NCBI RefSeq assembly: GCF_003918875.1
Contig: NW_025767179.1
Coordinates: 434,001 to 498,000, forward strand
Direction of reading: 5' to 3'
DNA length: 64,000 bases
From: Haliotis rubra
Taxonomy: Eukaryota
In this document: positions 1 to 13,221 of the stretch, in pieces
Numbering within the stretch: position 1 is the stretch's first letter
Layout: each line of letters begins with the position of its first letter
Made by a program: the position numbers and the translations under genes
The notes under the pieces: model-generated
Database searches by the model: none
What the model was told of the DNA's origin: nothing
What the model saw: only the letters and a program-made list of their open reading frames with translations

Positions 1-77
1 GGAAATTCTACCACATTCTCTCAAAGCACCATTGATTGATGTACTGAATTTAACAGTTAAAAACGATTCAATAGCAT

Positions 78-1242
78 TAAATGCTTGATTGGCATTTTAG
101 AAGATGATATTTGATGAACATAGAGATTTTTCTGGGTTACATCTTCTTTTTATTCTCGAGTACAACGTTTCAGGGCTTGTTCTGGCCCCATCACATCACT
201 TGCGAGACGCGCGAAAAAGATTTGTAGCCCTGACCTACTGCAACAAGAAACAGACCACCTGATGACAACATTCATCACATACAATGGTTATCCAAAGAAC
301 CTTGGATATATATAAAGAAAACACTACAAGATCAAGTTCAGCCTCCTCCGAAACCTGAACCATCTCCCATCCGCATCAACATCCCGTATGTTGGGCCCAT
401 CAGCCACCAAGTCAGCAGACTCCTAAAGAAAATGGCCAGCATTGACACCACTTTCTCGTCTGGCAAAACCCTTAAAACTTTGCTACGTGCAAATGGTAAG
501 GGGTGCAATCACGCTATATCCAACCCTAAAGGCTGTGTGTATAAACTGAAATGTGACTGTGCTGACATCTACATTGGTGAGACAGGCAGACCAGTAGCTA
601 CACGTGTGAAAGAACACAAAACTTCAGCGGACAAATCAGATCTGAAATCTGCAGTTTCTGAACACATTGTGAATAATCCCGATCATGAAATTGACTGGGA
701 AACTGAAGTTCTCTCAAAAAACGTCAGTGACTGGCGTAAACGCAAGTTGATTGAAGCTATCTTCATCAAACGCACAAAACCAGCAATAAACAGGGATCAG
801 GGTGTCTACCTCCCAAATGCATGGTACATAAAACAATAAGACAATACCCTACCCTCGTCACTGTTCCCATGTATAAAGAATAAGTTCTATGTATACACTG
901 TTATTACTTTACATTCTATACATTTATAAATACGTCTCTGTACATTTCTAATTCAATCAACAATTTTGTATAAGTATCTGCACAGTTCTAAATTGATCCA
1001 TTAATTTTGCAGTAAATGACATCTTATATATTCATAATAACATGTATTCTATTAGCCATGTCATCTGTATCTATTGACCACCACATGTATTGCGTCGTCA
1101 TAGCATTGTGACGTCATAAGCATTGTGATGTCACGGCCAGAGTTAACAGTTACTGTTCAGTTTACCTGATGATGGGGCCAGAACAAGCCCTGAAACGTTG
1201 TACTCGAGAATAAAAAGAAGATGCAACCCAGAAAAATCTCTA
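78..1242 (+). mobile_element. 5'-truncated Penelope-like element (GIY-YIG endonuclease) with inverted pseudo-LTR
   Basis: ORF 432-839 has GCVYKLKCDCADIYIGETGR...RVKEH...SAVSEH...RKLIEAIFI...AINRDQG. About 121-193 is an inverted copy of about 1170-1242. A 13-bp TSD gattcaatagcat lies at 65-77 and 1243-1255. Confidence 0.9.
1163..1202 (+). ncRNA. Minimal type I hammerhead ribozyme in PLE pseudo-LTR
   Basis: uac-CUGAUGA-u-GGGGC-cagaacaa-GCCCU-GAAAC-GUU/gua. Stem III is the palindrome ACGU, as in PLE minimal hammerheads. Confidence 0.8.
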
Positions 1243-1298
1243 GATTCAATAGCATATACATAATTTTCTCGACATATTCGATTTTATGAACCTCTAAG

Positions 1299-1301
<3 letters not shown>

Positions 1302-1365
<64 letters not shown>
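1302..1365. repeat. Compound (TA)n(CA)n microsatellite
   Basis: Directly visible. Other CA/GT microsatellites lie at 12761-12804 and 44560-44582. Confidence 0.95.
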
Positions 1366-1370
<5 letters not shown>

Positions 1371-4300
1371 TCATGCAAAAGTTTTCAAAGCATGTTTCAA
1401 AGATAATCTGTTGCTAAAATGTAAGCCCTGGTATTATTGTGTAAGGTGCGCAGGTTGTTTATTAAAACCATTTCTCACCATTGTTAGTATATCAGACCAA
1501 TAATATAGTTGCAAGTAGCGATATCTCGATCCATGGGCTGTATGTAGTGGACATACTTGTAGTGGTTTGTAGAGAACCGTTAGTGATACAAACCATAGTG
1601 AGCAATATGACTCCTTGGCTTCCAGATCATGTATTCTTTTACCTCTTTAGTCGTAGGAGCTACGGGGCTGCAGTTGAATTATAAATCGACAATCATTGTC
1701 TACATTACATGCACATACAACATTTTTATCTGATGTCCGAGGTACAGATTTAACCAGACGCAGTGGTACACTATAGTTTTCAGTCACGCATCTCACGATA
1801 TGGCTGAAATATTGCCGATGTGACTTTAAATCTTAACTCACTCACTCATAGCACTTTGCCGATGTACAGTTATGTGTAACCTACCCCATCGTGCTCAATA
1901 TCTTACTGAGCATGAAATTAACAGACCACGATTCTAAACAGAATGCGGGGCTATAAAAACAACTCAGGTTGGGGTCTGTATCAAATTCCTCGCAGACAAA
2001 AACAAAAACGAGGAATGTTGCACTTATATATGACTCAGCTGGTAGTCTTGAATTCACAGAGAGGTACTCGAAAACATACTAATGGGAATATTATCTGCTT
2101 CGTTTTATAAATGTGAGTGGCTGATAGACCAGGTCCTGGCAACCCCAGACCACTAATTCGTTTCACTGTAGAGTTCATTATACACGGCCAGATACCTAAC
2201 GACTGCATTTCAGCGATTCTCTGTCGTGTCTGAAACGAAAACGTGGCTCTTCCAAAGATTCATTCCATCGAATCCGGATCTGAGTGAGCCAGTGAATGAG
2301 TGAGAACATTTGAGTGAGTGAGTACGGTTTTACCCCGCTTTTAGCAATAGTCCAGCAATATCACGTCACGGTACACCAGAAATGGGCTTCACACATTGTG
2401 CCCATGTGGGGAATCGAATTCGGGTCTTCGGCGTGACGAGCCAACGCTTTAACCATTAGGCTACCCCACCGCCCCGAGAGTCAAATATGAAGTCACATCG
2501 GTAATATATTAACCATATCGTGACTATGAAATCTATATAGTACAAGAAATAAACAAGAAAGGTATTAATATCCGTCAACAAAAATAATTAAAATATTACA
2601 AATTTACATTTTTAACTGGCAAGTGGACATACAACGTAATTTCTGTATACGACACGTTATAAAAACGGGCTTTAGATCGCCAGCATATGAAGGTAGATCA
2701 TCATACTAGGGACCTTGGGGACTTGCAGTACTTGTGTTACCTCTATGGCCTCCAGCTGGATTTACACCATTCCTGCTAGCGATTGTCGCCACATCTAGTC
2801 ATGACGTACATACCATCTTTGGGGGACAATGATTGTCGTAAGAGGCGACTAACCAGATCGGGTCATGTCATCGTATCCCAACTGTGTACATCGATGCCCA
2901 TGCTGTTGATCACTGGATTATCTGGTCCAGGCTTGGTTATTTACAGACCGCCGCCATATAGCTGGAATGTTGCTGAGTGCGGCGTAAAACTGAACTCACT
3001 TATTCACTTTGGGGGGACAATCATTATCTGGGTATGAAATATACATGAAGGTGTTATTCAACAGTTTATTCAACGACTGTATTTACAAATCAATATAATC
3101 ACCACAGAGGAATGACAATAGTGGAGAGGCGGTACACATTGAATGGGAGTGATGGGGTGAGTGAGTAAGCAAAAACTTGTACACTGGCATCGGCGATGTG
3201 TAAGGTAGTTTAATCATAAAACAAACTACATCAATATCAAAACAAATAATTATTCATCAGATTATTATGAGATAAAAGTAGGCTATACACCAATAGCAAG
3301 CAAAGCAAGAGCGTCGTACTGGGAGTCAAGGGAACATACAGTGCTTCTGCTTCCTGCGTGATTTCCCAACATCGTTTACGCCATCACGTTGGTTACTAAT
3401 GGTTGTGTGTAATGGTACCACAATATTCTCAGATGGTAATAACACCACACATGCTAAAACATACTATTCAAAATGTATAAAATAAGTCTATAACAACACG
3501 AATTGTACAAATGAGTACTTGAAATTTGGTCCTTAAAAGTTGCATTATAATGACTATCCCTTGTAAGATAATATTTCCAGTCAAGCCAAACGTGTTTGAT
3601 TGTGATTTTCTCATCACAAGGGACACAGATTGGAGAAATGTCAATTTACTTCCAAGTGTAAAACATCGTTCACCGTGTCTACAATGACATTACAAATGGA
3701 TGTAACCTAATTTAGGTTTAAATTCCTTCTTGGTTGTCCCATCGTTTTTGCATTAAACTACGAACATGTTCCTTTTTGGCTTGTTTTAAACCTCTGTAGG
3801 GAAAACAACAAGGTGAGAAACTGATTTAGCACGAAATGCTTTATCTGAACATCAGCTCTGGTTTTACACGACACGACCAGATAACCAACAAGGTACCACG
3901 CCGTATTGGCCAGTGGCTGGAGTACTGTATCCTTCCAAAGGATCGTTAATCGACACTGTTCTTTAAGAAGGCTTGTCAGCTTCTGCATACAGACCGTCAA
4001 CAGTGGACCGAAAACTGTTAAATATTGTGATATAAAATGAGGCAACGTGTCTATCAAGCCAAAATCATATGAATCCTTTAAAGTGCCATGCTTCTAGGTT
4101 GCATGGTAGGATTTTTCTCAAAATAGAAGAAAACTGATACTACGTACTGTAAATGGTTTTACAAAGGATTCTAGTACTCAGTAGTACTGTAAAAATATTA
4201 AATATTTTTCATTACTTTGGCATTTGAAAACCAATAATCTTATCTATATTTTACCAGTATGTTACACGTAATGGGCGATAATTTGAGGGACTTGTATGAT

Positions 4301-5905
4301 CCCGACCAGGCTTTGGAATACGAACGACAATGGCACTATGCAAGGTGAAGGTAAATTTATGAAAATCAAGATATGGATACGCGTTCTTTGCTTTATGTGA
4401 AACACACATTAACTGCGAAGTTCTGATACAATGGTTTTGATACAATGGTTTCTGATACAATGGTTCTTATCAATGGTTTCATAAGCTAGACTGCGATCTC
4501 GTATTAGGCCTTCACTGAACTTATAAGGCATGTGTGCCGGACAGCTAATTTCAAATTCATCAAATTTTAAGCTTGGACTCTCTTGGTATATTGCATCAGA
4601 ACAACTCCGGATAATATCATTTAACATCCTTTACTTCACCAGCTTTACCTTTAAGTCCGTTTTCCTGTACCAATGGTGAAAACGAAGCTGGAGTGCATTT
4701 ACCCTTAGCTTCATTGACAAGGACCCGAGAACAAGTATACCTTCCCTTTAGGAATATAGTAGTCTTGTCACTCTTCACCACCAGATGAATCTAGTCCAGA
4801 ATCCGATTCTAAGGGGTACCGACTTGATGTTTTTGTTTCCTATTCCTATGGTTAAATAAAAGGAGGTTCTGTACTATGGAGCGTTTCAGGAGATTCATTA
4901 ATAAAAGCTAAAGCATACGAGCGTAAACCTACCTCAACCAGTTTCACTGACCATGGCGATGAAAGAGGAGGACTGATTACAAGACGACTTACAATTTCTT
5001 TCATGCCATGAGGTAGAATGAAGATACAACGATTGTGGCGTCGTGCGAAAGGTAAAATGGTTATGGCGTCCTTAATAACAAGCGGTGATGTAAGTCTACT
5101 GGACATTTACGTAGCAACGCTTTTGATGTAATATTTATGTTATATTTTCTGTGACCTTGTACAGACATTTTACGAAAAGGAAACACATTGCCATTTTCTG
5201 GTGACTTGTGTAGTTCTGATTAGATGCTGCAGTTGCTGCTGATGTTATGAGTGCAATGGCTTTTCAATTTTCATTTCGTTGATATGTGTGTGTGGAAGTT
5301 GTAAGACATGTTTTGATTTTTTTAGTTACATGAAGATTGATTTCATTAGTTGGATACTAAAGCAATATGTCTATTGTCTCTTAATCAATTTGTTTCATCT
5401 TTAAGTAGACATATGTTCCCATTTTCTCTGTTCAGTTTCTAAAATATATGTTTTTGTGGTGCAATTGAGATTTTACAGTGTGTGGTTCTGCTAAGTTTCT
5501 AAGTATAGAAAACATCAATGTCAACTTTGATGCCCTCTCCATAATGCTTACTCGTAGTATTAAGAAATACTATACGGGATCCGTTTCCATGTGCAAGTTC
5601 TTATTGGTTTTCATCACAGCACTATTCCAGGTTTAACGTAGTGGCCAATGAATAATGGAACATGAGGCTTTCAATGCAATGCAACGATCCACGCTGTCGG
5701 ATAGGTGAAAACACACTATCATGTTTAGTGGTTCTTAGGATCAGCATGGGGAGAACCTACTCACCTCTTGCTTCTCTAGTGTTGAATTCAAAACAGAAAA
5801 TAAAAAGCCATTTTTATGACTGAATATACATAAATATGTAAGAAAAAGGTGTATGTCAGTGAGTGAGTGAGTTAATGAAGAAATTAAAACCTTTCTTTCG
5901 TGGCA

Positions 5906-8681
5906 TCAGTTATTGCGTTTCCTTTTCCATTTATCGTAAGACATAAAGATAAACAACCCACACTGAAGTAAACCTGCACCGGAAACCATGTATACAAAGG
6001 CATCGGCACCAATCATACTCATCATCAGGCCACATATGGCGGGACTGATCAAAAAAGGCAATGTAGTCGGAAAATAGAACCACATTCAGAAATCGGGGTG
6101 ATCCATCCGTGTTCTCCTGTACCCATGCCAGACATCCAGGGAATAGGGGACCTATTCCGACAGCAAACAGAAGACTGTTTGTCCACATCATGATGATACT
6201 TGTGTCCTTAAATATGAGGAACAGAACAGATGTTACTCCGGAAAGCAAAACGAAGAGTACCATCACCATGTCAAGACTTAACCTAGCTGAGAGGACGACA
6301 CTGCCTAATCTGCTGAGGAGGGCGGTGGCAGAAAACACAGAATACATCATGGACATGTCGCTGAGACCCAGGTTCAGTTGAGTGCAAATTCCAAAGGTTA
6401 CGAAGAGCTCTTGAAAGGATACATTACAAGTAGAGCAGGTGAAGGTAAAGCACATTGTTAAACACATAAACATGGGACTTGTGCTTCTGTTGACTGCTGG
6501 TTTCCTTTTTATTGATGGGGGTACTTCCATAACGTCGCCTTCCTTCAAGATAGTATTGTAACAACCCATTAGGCCTGAGGACACAAGGAGACTTAATCCT
6601 GACATGATTATGAAGGGGTATTGTATCGTATTAAAACCGTTGCACCTCTGTTCTGAGTTAGGATGAGTTGTTGTCGTGTTGCAGAACGCTTCGTCCGCAC
6701 CAATGCCCTGTCGACTGTGCCTGAAGAGATTAGACACAATGGGGACACTTATTGTGTTAAGGGACGCTCCTGATTGTACTAAGGACACGACAAAAGCGTT
6801 GTCTGGCCATATGACGAAGCAGTGTAAAGTTCGAACTGAAAGAAAAGAGCAAAAGTGAATAAATTCAAGTAAGTCCAGCAACTGCAGGGTCACGGAAGGT
6901 ATGATGAAGTCTGAAATCTTAAAACATGTATGGTTACACAGCTGATTGAAGAAAAACTGATATGTATCGACCGATAATGTGCCAGCTCCAGTTGTCTATT
7001 ATGTGCATAACGAATCTCGATTTATCCTGGACCAAACAGAGACACAAGTGCCTGATGCTGTACGCTTTTCCCATTCCTGAAACGTTTATGGCAGGGATGT
7101 CTATCACTGAGTTCCAGCGTTGAATCCGTCTTGCAAGCTTTATGCTGCATATTGCATATATTGCATTTGTTTTCGTTCAAACTTACAAATCATGACTAAT
7201 CATCTGGTGTTCGATCTAATAATCCCAGGATACAGTGATGAAAAATACTACCAATCGGCGTCGGTGCCAGTATATCAGGAAAGGAATAGGATGATACATT
7301 AAAATTGCTACTTACTAAATATACACATTCCTGTACACCAGCCAGCAATGAGGAGCAAGAAGATGGTCAGCCACAAGAACGGAGACGTGGGTACAGCAGC
7401 AATAACCACAGCGTTCAATACCAATATTGTCGCCAGGAACAGACAAGTATCCATCTTGTCCTTGATGAAATGTACAGTCAGGCTACTACAGCACAGACCT
7501 AAACCATAGGCAAACAGGAGGGAGCTGGATGTCTTCAGGTCCACGCCCAGCAAACATTGGATGTCGGGTAAGGTTACTCCGATCAACGTTGTTGTCATCT
7601 GTCATGAAATATTTGATATCAATTAAAAGAAGAAGGCATGTTTCACTTCTCGGCAGGTGAGAGAGTTAAAATGTAATGTAGTATCGGCATGGTTTCACCC
7701 ACACAGTGAAAAGATCACATTTATGTGTACACAGTAATAAATCATAACTGCAAAGTCATGTCCAAATACAAACCTGTTTTACACATTTGAGAGAGTGAAT
7801 TAAAATTGCACGTCGGCATCATCAACACACTTGACTGACTGACTATATGAATTGCAACAGATAAAAGCACGGTCTTTAAGCCACCAGCAGGCAAAGGTGG
7901 TAAACCTTGCTGGATACCATAGGGACTGGCGCTTAAGAGTTGAAAGGAAAATGAAATGCCACTGTACGTGTTGTTATTTTTAGATAGATAAAATGATATT
8001 TAGAACATAAAGTATATTAAGTGCATAATGTTTACAATTATTTCAACCGCCTTACCGTAGCAAAGGCTGCACCAAACAGCACTGACGTGTAGATGATGCG
8101 GTTGAGGTTGGAGATATCCCTGCAGGAAATACAGATCCAATAATAATTTTCTTATATTCCACCCATTAGCGTATAAGAATAAGAGGCAGGGCAAAAGTGA
8201 GCTATGCACGTTCCCTAACGACATGTACCCATCTATAAACATATATCAATACCTAAATAAATACAATACAGATTCATGATTCAAGGCAGAAGAGTTCTGG
8301 CACTGAATGGTGACATACAGATTTTCTGCAAGTAATATGTTTGGGGCAGACAGCGATTCATTTGATTTTAAATCGAACTTATTGAGACAAAAGCATAGTA
8401 GTGGTTTCCCCACATAGCTGTAAGCAACTTGTACAGACAACACAGACATCAACATCAATAGGTACCTACCTAAATATATGCGTTTCAAGAGAGTATATTT
8501 TGACCAATCATATAAGACACTGCTACTCGTACTCGCTATGCAATACTGTTGGCATCAAATAATCTGATAATGGGCAAGGGTGTGGATATTTTTAGTGATC
8601 CCTGCGAATTGTCCATAATAATTTTTTATCCTGCAAAACAAACTCCCACCTCAGACCTTTCAGTTCTTACCTGGCTGTCAT
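5906..8681 (-). CDS. MFS transporter paralog 1 (MFSD4/NAGLT1-like), with +1 frameshift near the C-terminus
   Basis: Coding exons 8681-8671 (ATG ACA GCC AG|gtaag), 8119-8056 (DISNLNRIIYTSVLFGAAFAT), 7598-7316 (MTTTLIGVTLPDIQCLL...) and 6835-5906, all with GT-AG sites and consistent phases. Many hydrophobic helices, including AVGIGPLFPGCLAW. An A6 run at 6051-6056 has one base more than needed to keep the paralog 2 frame; removing it restores the C-terminus to TGA at 5906-5908. Confidence 0.75.
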
Positions 8682-9454
8682 TCTTCAAATACAACCCGAG
8701 TGCTCGGCAGTGAATCACTAGGAATTATTGATATTAATCAACATTTAGATGAATCCGTCTGTTCACCAGACTGCGTGCTATGTGGTGCATGATATATTAA
8801 AATGACAATACACAAGCCAGTAGGAGGGAGTGAGTTTAGTTATATGCCGCTTTTTTTTAGCAATATTCCAGCAATATCACGGCGGGAGACACCAGAAATG
8901 GGCTTCACACATTGTGTCCATGTGGGGAATCGAACCCGGGTCATCGGCGTGACGAGCGAACGCTTTAACAACTAGGCTACCCCATCGCCCCCAAACTAGT
9001 TGTATCAGACTATATCGTTCACTGAAACTGAATCAGTAGGAAAGGGATTTACTTTTCACATTTAGCTATTTTACAGTTATATCACGGCTATTATAACATA
9101 ATACTTTGGCTTTACTCCATGGTCCATAGTATGGTCATCTACCTTCAGTTGTTGGCGATCTATAGCTCGTGTTTTATACTGTATTGTCTTCTTTAATTGT
9201 AATGTTTTAGCTTTGCTCGCTAGTTTCATATTCATATCTGTGATTCTCTAGTATTTTTACTGTCCATCGTCGACAGGTTTTAATCTTCTAAATGTTTTCA
9301 CTTTTTATTGTATAATTTGTTTTCGTCACGATATGGCTAAGATATTGCCGATGTGACGTTAAATATTAACTCACTCACTCATTAGCTTTACTCATTTAAA
9401 CATTTGTTAGGAAGGATAACAATATATGGACGTACAACTTCTTTATTGCTGCGA

Positions 9455-9498
9455 GAGCGACGTTTCGGTGCAGGGTTCTAACACCGTTATCAAGCAAG
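9455..9498 (-). ncRNA. Minimal hammerhead ribozyme, U3-A8 variant core
   Basis: gc-UUGAUAA-c-GGUGU-uagaacccu-GCACC-GAAAC-GUC/gc on the minus strand. Confidence 0.7.
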
Positions 9499-11114
9499 TG
9501 ATGAACAGCATAAGGATGAAGGAGCATATATACAAGTTAGAGCAGATGTTTGTACAGTACAATGGGGATTAGGAAGCCAGACACAATAACAACACAAGGG
9601 CTGGAAGCCAGACACAATAACAACACAAGGGCTAGATGTGCTCTTTTTGTAGTGTGTTGGTGGGGTCCTTCTTTAGTCTCTTGTAGGTCGTCTTGTCTTG
9701 GAGGATGGTGTCAGTCAGGCTGTTGAAATGGGCTGTGTCCATGATGACCGTTGCCTTGCCTTTGCCTGCTGGGGCTATGGTGATAGTTTTGTCAGTTTTT
9801 AGGCTGTGGAGGGATTCCTTTTCCTGATGGATGAGGTTGGGTTTCTGGGGTCTGTCTTTGGAGAGGATGGTTATCTGGTGTCGGAGGAAGTCAACGTTGC
9901 CGCCGGGGGCCAGTTGCTGCAGGCCCTTCTCAATATTAGTGATGAAATCATCGTTGTTGCCCGGATGTTTGTGGGTGAGTACTTGAGGCCATTGGCTAAG
10001 ACTGCAATATGTTGCTGGTTGAGCTTCTTGCTGCTTAGGTTGACGACAGTTTTTCTCTGGTAGTCCGCAATGGAGGAAGGTTTTCATGGTTGATGGGTAT
10101 CCATCTTTCATTTGTTGAACTTTGCAATGTGGGTCTTTTTCCTGGCAGAGTCTAGGTTGCAGTTACTTGTGGTCTGCATGTTTTTGAGTGAAGCGTAGGT
10201 GTCCTCTGAGAGAATTGATTGAAGGTACTTTTGTTTTTCGGCGATGGTGTGTAGGGTGAGGTCCCTGGTCTTACGGTGGTGGCGTATCCTTTCTATGACG
10301 AGATGTTGGGAAGCTTTATGGAGGATGTAATGAGCTGCTGGCGAGTTGACTGGGCTTCTTAGCTGTAGTATGACCCTTTGGGTATGAGTTTGTTGTCTCT
10401 GCATCGCGTTAGGAATTGTCAGCCACAAAGTCCAGAGACCCCTAAAAAAACAGGTCAATATAGATGTTATTTTCAAAAGAAGTAACATCATCCTCAACAC
10501 CATCAAAGCGTCTGGCAAGCCACCTACCAGCCAGAAACAACCACCATGGGGAACAGTTTAACACGACTGTGGACAGACCTACTTAGGTGAAACATCAAAA
10601 CCCCTCAAAATCCGAATCAAAGAACATCAGACCTCAGTATCCAAACTAGACTCAAAATCAGCCCTTTCAGATCACTTCAAAGACAATCCCCACCACAATA
10701 TCCAGTTGGACAAAACCCAAACCCTAACAACCAACCTCAAAAACTATAAACTCAGGAAACTCCAAGAAGCCATCTACATCAAAAGACTCCAGCCATCAAT
10801 CAACCGTGACCAAGGTTACTACATACCTCCTGCGTACTACCAGCTCATTAAAGATCCTCATCATCAATAATCCCCCATTTATGTATACAACGCATCATCC
10901 TCATAATCACCTATTTATGTATACAGGCTTCACTTCCCATTGTGTACTTTGCAGGCTTCAATTGTTAACGCGTTCATCTAGCCCTTGTGTTGTTATTGTG
11001 TCTGGCTTCCAGCCCTTGTGTTGTTATTGTGTCTGGCTTCCTAATCCCCATTGTACTGTACAAACATCTGCTCTAACTTGTATATATGCTCCTCCATCCT
11101 TATGCTGTTCATCA

Positions 11115-11157
11115 CTTGCTTGATAACGGTGTTAGAACCTACACCGAAGCGTCGCTC
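11115..11157 (+). ncRNA. Second copy of the U3-A8 hammerhead, with GAAAC>GAAGC substitution
   Basis: gc-UUGAUAA-c-GGUGU-uagaaccu-ACACC-GAAGC-GUC/gc. Confidence 0.6.
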
Positions 11158-11499
11158 TCGCAGCAATAAAGAAGTTGTACATCCATATATTGTTATCCTT
11201 CCTTACTGCTCCAACTTCTAAATGCCTCTCAAAGAAGTTAAACATTTGGTTTTTAAAGAGTTATACATTATACCTGGAAATATGTCTAAACTCCTATAGC
11301 TAGTCTATTTGCCAAGTTTATCTCTTCCTGAAAACGTGATGCAAGGTCCATATCTAACGTCCATGTCAAACACAATCCAAATATTACACGCCCACCAAAC
11401 ATGTATCTGGAATAATAATCATTAGTTATTCATATAGCACCTGTTTCCAGTCCACTATGCAACACCAGATGTTACACTTAACACAAATACTAATGTTAT

Positions 11500-11970
11500 A
11501 ACCATCGTTGTAGAAATGCTACCATTTGTGGCCCATACGAAATTGTCGCAAACTGACCTCGCCCTTTCTTGACTAACAATCCAAGTAGCATGGCCGATTG
11601 TTCGTTTATATCTGACTGTTGAATAGCCTGTTGCAAAGCATCTGGCATGACATGTAATGGCCCAGTTGCAGGTAACAAAAAACCCTATCGTGAACGATGA
11701 GCACGATGAAGGTGCACCTGGGATAGGTCAAGTGTATAGTCGTGTTAGGTTGGATACCTGCTGTGCAGAATCGATCCCTGATGGTCCGTGCTGACACTCT
11801 ACTCTACGGCTAGTGGAGGTTGCAGTCACACATCTGTGGCGGCGAACCCGTAACCTGATTTGTAAGTAATCTTGGGGAGACGTCACATACTTCCTTGGCT
11901 ATCTGCAGCAGTACTTGCCCGATGCCCGCGGGTCCTCAGACGGTGTATTGTCTGATGACTGTCGAATGTC
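11500..11970 (-). mobile_element. Tc1 transposase fragment
   Basis: Degenerate segments such as SARTIRDRF and a C-terminal GHK*HF-like end; many disruptions. Confidence 0.5.
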
Positions 11971-12479
11971 TCTGTGCTTGCATTCCAGTAAGTGAGTGAG
12001 TTGAAACTTAAAGTCACATGTGCAGTAGTTCATATCGTGACTAGAGCATTTTTACACACATAATATAAGCCAGTTATCAGAGGACAGTAAAATAACTAGG
12101 CTATCACATATGTTGTTTAAAACTGGTATGTAACCATAACATATATGGTCGTGAAAAACAACAAAACATAAACAGGGCTTCAAATTGCCAGCAACTAGAG
12201 ACCATGAGGACTTACAGTAACTTTGCTACCTTCATGGCCCCAAGCAACATCTACATCATCCGTGCAGCAACTGGCGATTATCAGCAAACACGTAGCCACA
12301 CGTAAAATAACGAAAACAAAAACAAAACAAAACACACTCAATGATAGACATACCTCTTACGTACCTCTTTCAGGAGGATAGTTATTGTACACTTCTTCAA
12401 TCCGCGTTAGGTACAGGCACTAATTATCACAACTAATTATTCATTCGACGAAATATATAATTAACTTACAAATAACAAT

Positions 12480-12750
12480 ACATGATTAAAAGTTATCAGC
12501 TAAATCAATTTCTGTTAAAGAACCCATAATTGTATGGGAACTTGACTTAGAAGATCCTTAAGAATGAAGCTAAATTAGTTATCCCTTCAAACGGAAGAAA
12601 AACATATCTCAATACAGTCGACAAAGACATGCTTGCCGGGGATTCTTTCATCACAATGTATGCAAAACGGAGGATCTTCTTCTTTCTTGTGTATGTGGCC
12701 GGTACATCGACGATGATGGATCTTCTCAACTGGACTGAAAACCCAAGTAA
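12480..12750 (-). mobile_element. I-group LINE 3' end fragment
   Basis: EDPPFCIHCDERIPGKHVFVDC resembles the C-terminal CCHC motif of I-group ORF2. Confidence 0.55.
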
Positions 12751-13221
12751 GTGCGCGCATGCACACACACGCACACGCACACGCACACACACACACACAC
12801 ACACAAATACTTGTATGCCCCAATGTCCGTAAACCGCTCAAAGGCGCTTCATGGCTCTGAGATGGTAATGATATCCCATACAGTTCAAATGCTTCAGTAA
12901 AGAGACAAGTCTTTAGATTTAATTGAAAAACAGCTAAATGTGGTTGTGTTCTGAGGTGAGATGGAAGACTGCTTGGGAGATGAGGGCCAGTCGCCTCGAG
13001 TGACCTGTCACTCTATGTTTTTGTCCTCATCACAGGAATTGTCAAAAGATACTGATCATTTGATCTGAGGGGACGTGCAGGAATATAACGGTGGAACAGA
13101 TCACTGAGGTACTCATGGGCTAGACCGTAGATACTTTTGAAAACAAGTAGCAGAGTTTTATATTTGATCCGGTACTACACACGAAGCCAATGAAGTGAGT
13201 GACAACGGGAGCAATATTGTA

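Larger units (their letters stand above)
9407..11237. mobile_element. Rearranged Penelope-like element with inverted pseudo-LTRs
   Basis: About 9409-9635 is an inverted copy of about 10978-11203. Minus strand 9632-10400 encodes the pre-RT region (TIAPAGKGKATVIMD, KKDPT). Plus strand about 10540-10860 encodes GIY-YIG (DCGQTYLGETSKPLKIRIKEH...INRDQG). An 11-bp TSD ttaaacatttg lies at 9396-9406 and 11238-11248. Confidence 0.88.

Noticed and set aside
1-30. Possible tail of another PLE pseudo-LTR at the window edge
   Set aside because: Only a short similarity (ttcta...ctctcaaag), truncated by the window boundary.
1157-1378. CVCVCV/YIYIYI ORF (also 12547-12841)
   Set aside because: Microsatellite translations.
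5931-6893. Single-exon 320-338 aa membrane proteins as listed in the ORF track (also 22828-23814, 61401-62417)
   Set aside because: Their N-termini are intron or SINE sequence upstream of a conserved AG acceptor. They are terminal exons of spliced genes.
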